A stretch of 64,000 nt of DNA from positions 140,926,001-140,990,000 of the forward strand of contig NC_086097.1 in assembly GCF_963921235.1 (NCBI RefSeq), written 5' to 3'. Shown piece after piece: positions 35,330 to 46,005 of the stretch. The first letter of the stretch is position 1; every line of letters starts with the position of its first letter. The DNA is from Mobula hypostoma (lineage: Eukaryota). The translations under genes and the position numbers were made by a program. The notes below the pieces were generated by a model. The model was not told the DNA's origin, did not search any database, and saw only the letters and a list, made by a program, of their open reading frames with translations.

Positions 35330-36667
35330 TCCAGTCCGTGGACTGCGGACTCCGGGTCTTCCGGCTGACCCTTATTTCATTTGGGCTTAATCATAGGCAC
35401 CTAATGCTCGTCCTGAGGCTGGGAATATAAGTGGCCCTGGGTTCGAGTGTGGGTGCTGGTTCGTTTCGTCAGTATCCCGTCCTCGCCACTGTGGGGTAAG
35501 TCAGGCCGTCTTTGCCGTTTTCCTACGGTTGGGTCTGTCCCTTCCTGTCCTTGCCTCCATTGGGTAAGCCAGGCCTTCTTTGCCGTTACCCTGAGGCTGG
35601 ACCCTTCCGCTTCCTTCTGAAGCCTCGCCTGCAACTTTGTTAAGTTCTACCATCAGAGCGAGACCGGAGCTTTGCTGTGTCAAGATAAGGAACTGTCTAT
35701 CGTTGAGTTGGAACTGTCTCTGTGTCCACGCCTGCGCTAGGTAGGTCCGGCCGTTTCCCGCTACCTAGTGTTAGGAACCGTCTCGTAGTGTTCAGCACTC
35801 TGTGTACAGCCCCGGCCCTAAGTCCTGTTCCCAAGGAGAGGTTCCGGCTCTGTGTTCCATGTCCCTGTGTTCCTGTCTCTCAAGTCCAAGGCTCCGTGTT
35901 CCCGTGCTCTAGATCTAGGCTTTGTGTTCCTGTCCTCCCAAAGACTAAGGCTCTGCGTTCCTGTCGTCCCGAGCCCAAGGTTCCGAGGTTCCTGTCGTCC
36001 CAAGTCCAAGGATCGGCAGTTCCTGAGTACCAGGTCAAGGCTTCGTGTTCTCGTCCTGTCCATGTGCCTCGTACTGTGATAGAGCTCTCTCGTCCTGTAC
36101 TGGAGTTCCCTCGACCTGTCCAGGAGTCTCTCATTCTGTCCTGTAGCCTCGCCTAGTCCTGTCTCCCAAGACCACGTCATGGTTTTGCCTAGTTCTGGAG
36201 TCCGAGCCCGAGTCAAGACCCAGGTTCTGGGTCCTTGTCCAGTCTCTGGCTCGGAGTCCAAACCCAAGCCTCGTCATGTCCTCGCCTCGAATAACCCAAG
36301 CCTCGTCATGTCCTCGCCTCGAAGAACCGAAGCCTCGTCATGTCCTCGCCTCGGAGAACCCAGGCTTCGTCATGTCCTTGCCTCGAAGAACCCAAGCCAT
36401 GTCCAGTCCTGTAGCCACGTCGTGTCCTTGCCTAGTTCCGGGGTCCGAGCCCGAGTCAAGACCCAGGTTCTGGGTCCTTGTCCAGTCTCTGGCTCAGAGT
36501 CCAAGCCCAGGCTGTTAGTTCCCAGTTCCTTGTCCTGGTCCCGCTTGCCTAGCCAATGTCCTAGCCCAAGTTGTGTTCTTCTCCTCGCTCTCAAGTCAAG
36601 TCCTGTTCCTAGTACTTCAGTGTCTGTGTCTTGCATTTGGGTCCGTCACCAGCGCCCCCATATGACT
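35330..36667. mobile_element. Second LTR-like element related to 28453-29650, with internal duplications
   Basis: Shares gataaggaactgtctatcgttg, ggagtccgagcccgagtcaag and the 3' end agtacttcagtgtctgtgtc..ttgggtccg..tatgac. The 5' boundary is uncertain. Confidence 0.75.
36269..36396. repeat. Tandem repeat, 4 x 32 bp, inside the LTR-like element
   Basis: Units cctcgtcatgtcctcgcctcgaa(t/g)aacc(c/g)aag start at 36269, 36301, 36333 and 36365. Confidence 0.92.
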
Positions 36668-37265
36668 CTGAGGCTGTCTACAAGAAGGGTCAGAGCCATC
36701 TCTATTTCCTGAGGAGACTGAGGTCCTTTAACATCTGTCGGACGATGCTGAGGATGTTCTACGAGTCTGTGGTGGCCAGTGCAATCACGTTTGCTGTTGT
36801 GTGCTGTGGCAGCAGACTGAGGGTAGCAGAGACCAACAGAATCAACAAACTCATTCGTAAGGCCAGTGATGTTGTGGGGATGGAACTGGACTCTCTGACG
36901 GTGGTGTCTGAAAAGACGATGCTGTCCAAGTTGCATGCCATCTTGGACAATGTCTCCCATCCACTACATAATGTACTGGTTGGGCACAGGAGTACATTCA
37001 TCCAGAGACTCATTCCACCGAGATGCAACACAGAGCGTCATAGGAAGTCATTCCTGCCTGTGGCCATCAAACTTTACAACGCCTCCCTTGGAGGGTCAGA
37101 CACCCTGAGCCAATCGGCTGGTCCTGGACATTTCCTGGCATAATTTATATATTACTATTCAACTATTTATGGTTTTATTACTATTTAATTATTTATGGTG
37201 CAACTGTAACGAAAACCAATTTCCCCCGGGATCGTTAAAGTCTGACTATGACTATGACTATGACT
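36668..37265 (+). mobile_element. 5'-truncated Rex1/Babar-like LINE with a (ctatga)n tail
   Basis: ORF 36631..37143 reads VYKKGQSHLYFLRRLRSFNICRTMLRMFYESVVASAI..KLIRKAS..RCNTERHRKSFLPVAIKLYN. The tail gactatgactatgactatgact is at about 37244-37265. Confidence 0.88.
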
Positions 37266-37714
37266 AAATAAGAACGTAAGAACTTCAGAAATGGGAGAAG
37301 GAGTAGGCCATCTGACCAGTCAACCATGAAACAATGACTCAGCTCCACCTATTTGTCTTTTCTAACCTTAAATCCTCGACTAATCAAAACTCTGTCTACG
37401 TATTAACTATATTTAATGAGGTAGCACATACTGCCTTTCCAGCCAGAGATAAGCAGATTAACTTCAGTAGTCCCAGCCGACCCTATCTCTTCTCATAGGC
37501 CAATCCCTCCTCCCAACGCCACCTTCAGAATTAACCGAGTAACCCGTTTCTCTATCACCTACAAAGCTAGTACATCTTTTCTCAAGTACGAGATCCGAAA
37601 TATAGGCAGCACTCCAGATGTGGCCACACCAGTAACCCGTACAATTGCTGTCCTCTATCCATGCTAATACATGACCCCCAAACCAGACATCCATCTACAG
37701 ATAAATCTGTTATA

Positions 37715-40700
37715 GAAACATAGAAACCTAGAAAGCCTACAATGCAGGCCCTTCGGCCCACAAAGTTGTGCCGAACATGTACTTACTTTAGAAATTACCT
37801 AGGGTTACACATAGCCCTCTATTTTTCTAAGCTCCATTTACCTATCCAAGAGTCTCTTAAAATACCCTATCGTATCCTCCTCCAGCACCGTCGCCGGCAG
37901 CTCATTCCACGCACTCACTACTCTCTGCGTAAAAAGCTTAACCCAGACATCTCCTCTGTACCTACGTCCAAGCACCGTAAACTGTGCCCTCTCGTGTTAG
38001 CCATTTCAGCCCTGGGAAAAAGACTCTGACTATACACATGATCAACGCCTCTCAGCATATTATACACCTCTATCAGGTCACCTCTCAACCTCCTTCGCTC
38101 CGAGGAGAAAAGTCCAAGTTCACACAACCTATTCTCATAAAGCATGCTCCCCAATCCAGGCAACATTCTTGTGAATCCCCTCTGCACCCTTTCTGTGGTT
38201 TCCATATTCTTCCTGTAGTGAGGCGACCAGAACTGAGCACAATACTCCAGGTAGGGTCTGACCGGGGTCCTATATAGATGCAACATTACCTCTCGGCTCC
38301 TAAACTCAATACCACGATTAATGAAGGTCATGCACCGTATGCTTTCTTAACCACAGAGTCAGCCTGTGTAGCAACTTTGAGTGTCTTATGGATTCTGACC
38401 CCAAATCCTTCTGATCCTCCACACTGATAAGAGTCTCGTCATTAATACTATATTCTGCCTTCATATTCGACCTACCAAAATAAACCACCTCACACTTATC
38501 TGGATTGAACTCCATCTGCCACTTCTCAGCCCAGTTTTGCATCCTATCGATATCCTGCTGCAACCTCTGACAGCCCTCCACACTATCCACACACCCCCAA
38601 CCTTTGTGTCTTCAGGAAATTTACTAACTCATCCCTCCACTTTATCATCCAGGTCATTTATAAAAATCACGAAGAGTAAGGGTCCCAGAACAGATCCCTG
38701 AGGCACACCACTGGTCACCGACCTCCATGCACAATATGACCCGTCTACAACCAATCTTTGCCTTTTGTGGGCAAACCAGTTCTGAATCCACAAAGCAATG
38801 TCCCTTTGGATCTAATGCCTCTTTACTTTCTCAATAAGCCTGACACGGGGTACCTTAACAAATGTCTTGCTGAAATGCATATACACTTCATCTACTGCTC
38901 TACATTCATCAATGTGTTTAGTCACATCCTCAGACAATTCAATCAGGCTTGTAAGGCACGACCGGCCTTTGATAAAGGCATGCTGACTATTCCTAATCAT
39001 ATTAATTCACTCCAAATGTTCATGAATTCTGCCTCTCAGGATCTTTTCCATCAACTTACCAACCACTGAAGTAGGTTTGACTGGTCTATCATTTCTGGGC
39101 TATCTCTACCCCCTTTCTTGAAAAAGGGAACAATATCTGCAACCCTCCAATCCTCTGGAACCTGACCGTCCTCAATGATGATGCAAATATCATCACCAGA
39201 GGCTCAGCAATCTTCTCTCTCGCCTCCCACAGTAGCCTGGGGTACATCTCGTCCAGTCCTTTGACTTACCCAACTTGATGCTTTCTAAAAGCTCCAGCAC
39301 AGCCTCTTTCTTAATATCTATATGCTCAGGCTTTTCACTCCGCTGTAAGTCATCCCTACAATCACCAAGATTCTTTTCCGTAGTGAAAACTGCAGCAAAT
39401 TATTCATTAAATGCCTCTGCTATCTACTCCGGTTCCATGCACACTTTTCTACTGTCACACTTGATTGGTCCTATTCTCTCACGTCTTATCCTCTTGCTCT
39501 TCAGATACTTGTGGAATGCCCTGGGGTTTTCCTTAACCCTGTTCGCCAAGGCATTCTCATAGCCTCTTCTGGCTCTCCTAATTACATTCTTAAGCTCCTT
39601 CGTGCTAGCCTTATAACCTTCAAGATCTCCTTCATTACCTAGTCTTTTGAACCTTTTGTAAGCTCATGTTTTCTTCTTGATTAGATTTAAAACAGCTTTT
39701 ATACACCACGGGTCCTGTACCCTACCATCCTTTCCCTGTCTCATTGGAACGTACCTATGCAGAACTCCACACAAATAGCCCCTGAACATTTGCCACATTT
39801 CTGCCGTACAATTCCCTGAGAACACCGGTTCCCAATTTATGCTTCTAAGTTGCTGCCTTGTAGCCTCATATTACTCCTTACTCCAATTAAGTGCTCTCCT
39901 AACTTGTCAGTTCCTATCCCTCTCCAATGCTATGGTAAAGCATATAGAATTGTGATCACTATTTCCAAAATGCTCTGCTACTGAGAGATCTGACATCTGA
40001 CCAGGTTCATTTCCCAATACCAGATCAAGTAAAGACTCTCCTCTGGTAGGCTTTTCTGCATATTGTGCCAAGAAACCTTCCTGAACATACCTAACAAATT
40101 CCACGCCATCTAAACCCCTTGCTCTGGGGCGATACCAATCAACATTTGGGAAATTAAAATCTCCCACCAAGACAACCCTGTTATTATTAGACCTTTCCAG
40201 AATCTGTTTCTCTATCTGCTTCTCGATGTCCCTGTTATTATTGGGTGGACTATAAAAAACACCCAGGAGAGTAATTGACCCCTTTTTGTTCCTAACCTCC
40301 ACCCACAGAGACTTCGTAGACAATCCTTCCGTGATTTCCTCCTTTTTACAGCCGTGACACTATCTCTGATCAGCAGTGCCACGCACCCACCACTTTTGCC
40401 TCCCTGCCTGTCCTTTCTGAAACTTCTAAAGCCTGGCACTTGAAGTAACCATTCCTGACCCTGAGCCATCCAAGTCTCTGTAATGGCCGCACATCATAGT
40501 TCTAAGAACTGATCCTCACTCTAAGTTGGATGCTCTTTGTTCATAATACTCCTTGTATTAAAATATTCACATCTCAATCCATCGGTCTGAGCGCGTCCCT
40601 TTTCTATCACCTGCCTATCCTCCCTCACGCACTGTCTATCATCTTCCTCTATTTGTGAGCCAACCGCCTCTTCCTCCGTCTCTTCAGTTCGGTTCCCACC

Positions 40701-41790
40701 CCCAGAAAATCTAGTTTAGACTCACCCCAATAGCTGTAGCAAACTTCCCCGCCAGGATATTGGTCCCCCTCGGATTCAAGTGCAACCTGCCTTTTTCGTA
40801 CAGGTCACACCTGCCCCAAAGGAGGTCCTAATGATCCAATAATCTGAATCGCTGCCCCCTGCTCCATTCCCTCAGCCACGCATTTGTCCTCCACCTCATT
40901 CTATTCCTATACTCACTGTCACGTGGCACACAGTAATTCAGAGATTACTACCTTTGAGATCCTGCTTCTAAACTTTCTTCCTAACTCCCTGTGCTCTGTT
41001 TTCAGGACCTCCTCCCTTTTCCTACCTAGGTCGTTGGTACCAGGATGTACCACGACCTCTGGCTGTTCTCCTTCCCACTTCAGGACATCGTAGGTGCGAT
41101 CAGAAACATCCCGGACCCTGACAACCTGGGAGGCAAACTACCATTCGTTTTTTTTTCTTGCGTCCGCAGAATCGCCTGTCTGACCCCCTAACTATAGAGT
41201 CCCCTATTACTGCTGTCATCCTCTTGCTTTTCCTACACTTGTGAGCTTCGGGGCCAGATTCTGTGCCAGAGGCACGGCCACTGTTGCTTCCGCCAGGCAG
41301 ACCGTCCCCTCCAACAGTACTCAAGCAGGAGTACTAATTGGTAAGGGGGACAGCCACACGGGGTACTCTCTCGCAGCAGACTCTTGCCTTCCCTCCCCTG
41401 ACTGTCACCCACTTATCTGTCTTCCGAGGCCCCGGTGGGACTACTTGCCTATAACTCCTATCTATCACCTCCTCACTCTCCCTGACCAGAGGGATGTCGT
41501 CGAGCTGCAGCTCCCGTTCCCTAAGGAGCTGCAGTTCGACGCACTTGGCGCAGATGTGGCCATCCGGAAGACTGGGAGTCTCCAGGACTTCCCACATCTA
41601 ACACCAAGCACAGGAAACCGGCCTCTCACTCTTACCTCTTGTCTGTCTGTACAAGCACCGAACCTCGCCTCGGTCAGTTATCGCCGAAGCCCCGTTGAAC
41701 CAAAGCCCTCCTACTCTGTTTCCCTCTACTCCGTTGCCCGCTCCTCAGACACCCGCTCTACACAGCTGTCTCCTTTAAACTCATTTTGCT
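37715..41790 (-). mobile_element. Near full-length decayed CR1 LINE (subfamily of 1240-3471 and 10860-11627)
   Basis: Minus-strand ORF fragments: zinc finger (MWEVLET..HICAKCVELQLL), esterase (VIGDSIVRG), APE (GDFNFPN, LDLVL, SDH) and RT, with the tail at about 37715. Confidence 0.9.
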
Positions 41791-42559
41791 GTTATGCGGC
41801 ACCTTTTAGAACACTTCATGGAAATCCAAGTATACAACATCCGCCTATTCCCCTCTATCTCCTGCGCTTGTTATATTCGCAAAAAAATCCAGTAAGTTTG
41901 CCACGATCTGCTTTCCTATATCCATGCTGTGTCTGCCTGATGGATCTACTTCAGGGAAAGAAAGTCTTGTCTGGCTTCCTGCCGGGTACAGTTATCGATT
42001 AGAACCGACGTTTCGATGACAAACTCTTCTATCTTCATCATGGAAAATGGCAGACTTGTCGTCGTAACTTCGGTTATAATCGATGCCTATAACCGGCTGG
42101 AAGCCCGGGAAGAGTTTATTCGTCATAAACGCTGGAAAAGCACGACTCCTTTTACACTTTAGGGGAAGTTTATCAGAGGGAGAGTACAACGTGTACAACA
42201 CATCCCAAAGTTTCACAGCAGTGGTCTCAATTTCAAACAGACAGCAGACCTAGCATGTTGGTGGAAAGGCGGGTGTAGTGGGTCTGGTAGTGGAGAGGTT
42301 TATTTAGACAGTAAGGCGGTGATGCCACGGTTCAAAGAGCGGAAGGTCAGCCACCAATGAAATAAAGGAAAGTTTGGTGCAGTACTTTCAGCCGGCGTTA
42401 GTCGATAGGACTAGTTTGGGGGAAAGAACGTTGTATGTGTTAAATCTTCACGTCGAATAAGTCACACGGAACAAGGGATTGGTGGTTTTATTGGAATAAT
42501 CACCAGCTAATGCATTTCGTCCTTTCACTCATCAATGCTTGCGGGATCTTGCTGTGCGC

Positions 42560-42740
42560 CAACTGGAAACCTCTGCCTTGCTTTCCAACAGTCATCCAAG
42601 GAACTCAGCTGGTCGAGTAGCATCTGCGTGGGAGGGAACTGTTGCCGTTTCAGCTTGAAACCCTGCATCAGCAAGCCCGAAACGTTGACTGTTCATTTCC
42701 CTTCATCGATGCTTCCTGGCCAGCTGAGATCCACTGCGTT
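42560..42740. repeat. Fold-back repeat made of two inverted Penelope pLTR ends
   Basis: gaactcagctggtcgagtagcatc (42601-42624) is the approximate reverse complement of gatgcttcctggccagctgagatc (about 42708-42731). Degenerate hammerhead halves meet at about 42670. Confidence 0.65.
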
Positions 42741-42844
42741 GATTAAGGTACGACCTGCTTTTTGCAGCCGCGTTTAGAACCGAAGAGGAACTCGTTCTCC
42801 GTGCACTGAGATATTTCCCCCAATCGCAGTCGGTCGAAAGTTGA

Positions 42845-42940
42845 CACATCTGGTGAAGACGACGCGGGGCGGAAACCCGCGTCATTTCCCCGAGCAAGCC
42901 ATTTCATCTTGTCAATTTCACCAAGCGCCAGAGTTTGGCC
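42845..42940 (+). promoter_or_regulatory. CpG-rich V promoter with E-box, GC box and half-CRE
   Basis: CATCTG at 42847-42852, GGGGCGG at 42866-42872 and CGTCA at 42880-42884. No TATA box. Motif function is inferred. Confidence 0.4.
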
Positions 42941-43377
42941 ATGGGAGCAGGGAGAGCGGCGCTGCCGGTGTTCCTGGCATGCTTCTGTGAGTACTTCCGA
43001 TTTGGCTCATTTTAAGTTTCATGTTCTCTCTGAGCCCAAAGTAACTGTGATCTTCATTAAACAGGTGGCTGCCTTTCCCAGTCTGTGCTCCAGTCCAAGA
43101 TATCCATCACCAGAGAGGTAGGCAAGACGGTTCGCTTTCGCTGCAGCTTTAACACGAAAAATTTTGGTAACACTGCTGTGCATTGGTACCGAGACGTCGG
43201 GAGCCTCGGCATAAACCGCATCCTGTATGTCCAAGGCAATTCAGGGATAGTTCGGGACAAGGGTTCACCAGACAGATTCGTCGCCGAAAATTTGGAACAG
43301 GAAAAGGCAAGCTTGCTGGACATAAGGGACATCGAGAAAATGGACGCAGGGGTTTACTACTGTGCGATCTGGGACAG
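42941..43377 (+). CDS. TRGV: T-cell receptor gamma V segment, subgroup b, apparently functional
   Basis: Leader exon 42941-42986, GTGAGT..AAACAG intron, V exon 43065-43377. Spliced: MGAGRAALPVFLACFCGCLS-QSVLQSKISIT..RCSF..VHWYR..DRF..DAGVYYCAIWDS. Confidence 0.9.
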
Positions 43378-43416
43378 CACAGCGAAGCGTCACCACAGGA
43401 GCCCAGAACAAATACC
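43378..43416 (+). other. 23-RSS
   Basis: CACAGCG (43378-43384), 23 nt, ACAAATACC (43408-43416). Confidence 0.9.
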
Positions 43417-43594
43417 CTGCGCCCAGGCGAGAGTGACTCCAGGTCGCGGCAGGTTTAAGCGGCAAATCCGCTTCGACCCGCAGAGGCTTAGTGACGCCTG
43501 GACACATGGTCAGTGTTATGGCTACTGGGTCCAGGCGCAGATGAAGTAAGGGAGACCGGAGACACGGAAAGTGCACTCTAGTATCCGGAACAAA

Positions 43595-43730
43595 AAAAAA
43601 ACTATCTGCGAGAGGAACTCAGCAGGTTGAGCAGCATTTGCGGCTGAAATGCACTGGGTCGAAACACTACCTCAAGATCATTCCCCTTCCCTCTGCTTAA
43701 CCCGCTCAGTTCCTCCAGCAGATTATTTGG
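43595..43730. repeat. Second fold-back repeat of inverted Penelope pLTR ends
   Basis: gaggaactcagcaggttgagcag (about 43611-43633) pairs with ctgcttaacccgctcagttcctc (about 43693-43715). Confidence 0.65.
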
Positions 43731-44797
43731 TCCTGAGAGAAACATTGAGATGTACTTGGCTGGGAACACCTGCTCGGCGCTTGTGACATTCCGCACTTTC
43801 TTTCAAAAATCTCTCTACACCTTGCTTTCAATTGTTTGCAAGAGCATCAGAAATCTCTAGGCCGAGGATGCCCCTCACAGAGAGTGAAGTCATTGACAAA
43901 AACCACGGGAGAAAATCTATCGCAGCACCTCACCTACATTTAGATTGCACAAGACGGGTGAAGTTCCTTGATCAGTTTTGAGAGCTGGTTGCTCAGAATT
44001 GTGTCGGATGTCAGTTAGCAGGTCAGGCAGCATCACTGGAGTAAGACTCAACTGGAGGGAAGAGCGAAGAGAATATCCCTAGAGTTGAGGTCGAGGTTGC
44101 ATGGTGATGAGGTTATCTCGCACATGTCGAGCTAGCACCAGTTGTAAGACGCGGTTTCTTACAACTCCAACGTGCCCTTCTCTGTTTACGTTGTGATCTG
44201 TCTCTCTAATCTCCATCTTTAATTTTAAACCAAATGCGTTTGTCAACGCATATGCACTTGTATCCCCCTGCCTCACCTCATGACATGAGGGAATAGTTTA
44301 TTAAACAGCACTTGATTGCATCTAGGACCTCGACTTTTGTGGATGTGACGAAGGCAGGTTCCGCTTTGGCTTCGACAAATAACGGGATAAATACATGCGG
44401 GGGAAAATACAAAAAACATAAACATGGGGCAGGAGATGCAATTAGCTAAATGCTCTGGTGGAGAATTGACATTGACACTGACACTTTATGCATAATGATC
44501 CCCTCTCTGTCATTCTTCTAAAACACTACCAGAGATATTCCCTTTGCTTGATCTACCCATTTCCCAACCTCACAACAACTTTTCCATTGCTCCCACTGAA
44601 AGATTTTTAACTTGAAACAGTAACTGCTTCTCGTTCCATAGTTGTCACCTGACCTGATGAGTTGATTCTAGCATTTTCTATTTTCCTTTCATCACCATCT
44701 GAGTTTTTAACTTTGTTTCAATCTTTAAGATCATCACTCGCTTGATTAGGGGTTGCTCAAGGATCAGGGCACAAATTTAATATTTACGTTAAAAAAA

Positions 44798-44848
44798 CAG
44801 AAGTGAAGAGTCAGCAGAAGTGAAGAGTCAGCAGAAGTGAAGAGTCAG
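44798..44848. repeat. Perfect tandem repeat, 3 x 17 bp
   Basis: cagaagtgaagagtcag at 44798, 44815 and 44832. Confidence 0.92.
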
Positions 44849-45789
44849 ATAACAAAAAAATCGTCCTTACCCGCAGAGCATTTATGATCTGGCACTCACT
44901 GCATGTACGGTATAGAGCATTGAACAGTACAGAATAACAACAGGCCCTTCAGCTTATCTGCCGAAATATTACCAATCCTCTGCTTGTTAACGTGCCTGTT
45001 AAATAACTTTTAAACTTTGCTACGATACCCACTTCTGCCTCCACCACAGCCAACCCAGGCAGCACTTCCTTACCACTTTCTTTGTAAGAAAAGTGTCCCA
45101 GATTTCCATCAAACTGCCTCTCATTTTAAAGCATTTGATATTTCCACCTTAGGAAAAAGATTCTGGCAGTCTATCCATGCTTCTCATAATTCATTTGTCT
45201 ACCCCCAGCCTCTGACCTCCAGACAAGACACTCCAAATCTGTCCAACTTCTCCTAATAACTAATACTCTCTACGCCAGGGAACATCCGGGTGATCCTGTT
45301 CTGCACTCTTTCCAAAGGCCCCACACACTTCCTGTAACTAAAACTGCACATGATACACTTAATGTGGCCTAACCAAACTTTAAGACAAATTTTAATATGA
45401 CTTCCAACTTTTAAAGTCCATGCCTTAACCAATAAATGCAAGTATGCTGTACGCCTTCTTTACTACTTGTGTGCTTGAGAGTTAGTCAATTCTTTCCAAA
45501 GGGATTTCGAGGCTCTATATTTGTAGTACTTACAAATTCTTTGCTCTTTTAAAAGGGAACTGAATGGGTGTAAAAAAATAAGGAGTGAGACTGTGGATGA
45601 CAGCAAGGGAGAAACTGTTCAATCAGCATGGCTTGACAGATTGATTGGCCTCTAATGTTGTAATCAGTAAGAGGTTGTTACAACACAGGAGGAAGCTCTT
45701 CACCCCATTGAGTCCAGCGGAGCAACCTCATTAGTCCCATTCCCTTTCCTCATTTCCTTGATCTCTCTCTCTCACATCCCTATTAGTCC

Positions 45790-46005
45790 TCAGACTCCTT
45801 TACCTGCACTGAGGGGTAATTTTACAGTGTCCACGTAACTCACTGGCATGGCTTTAGGATGTGGGGGAAATCCAGTTACCCAGAAGGTAACAACACAGTT
45901 ACAGGGCGAACATGCAAACTCCACACAGACACACAGACTGGAGGTCAAGGTCGAACCCGGACGCTGAAACTATGAAGCAGCTGTACTATCTGCTACATAG
46001 CCTAA
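45790..46005 (-). mobile_element. V-SINE/HE1-like SINE
   Basis: The minus strand has a B-box-like ccgggttcgacc and the gtgtggagtttgcatgttcgccc..cccccacatcctaaag core. Confidence 0.65.

Noticed and set aside
36269-36396. 32-bp repeat array resembling a CRISPR array
   Set aside because: The units are head-to-tail with no unique spacers, lie inside an LTR-like element, and the DNA is vertebrate with no cas genes.
35298-37270. Possible non-canonical AG..CT LTR termini with an aaaga/aaata TSD for the second LTR
   Set aside because: The 5' boundary cannot be aligned to the first LTR, and the 3' flank is confounded by the Rex1 tail and an adjacent LINE tail.
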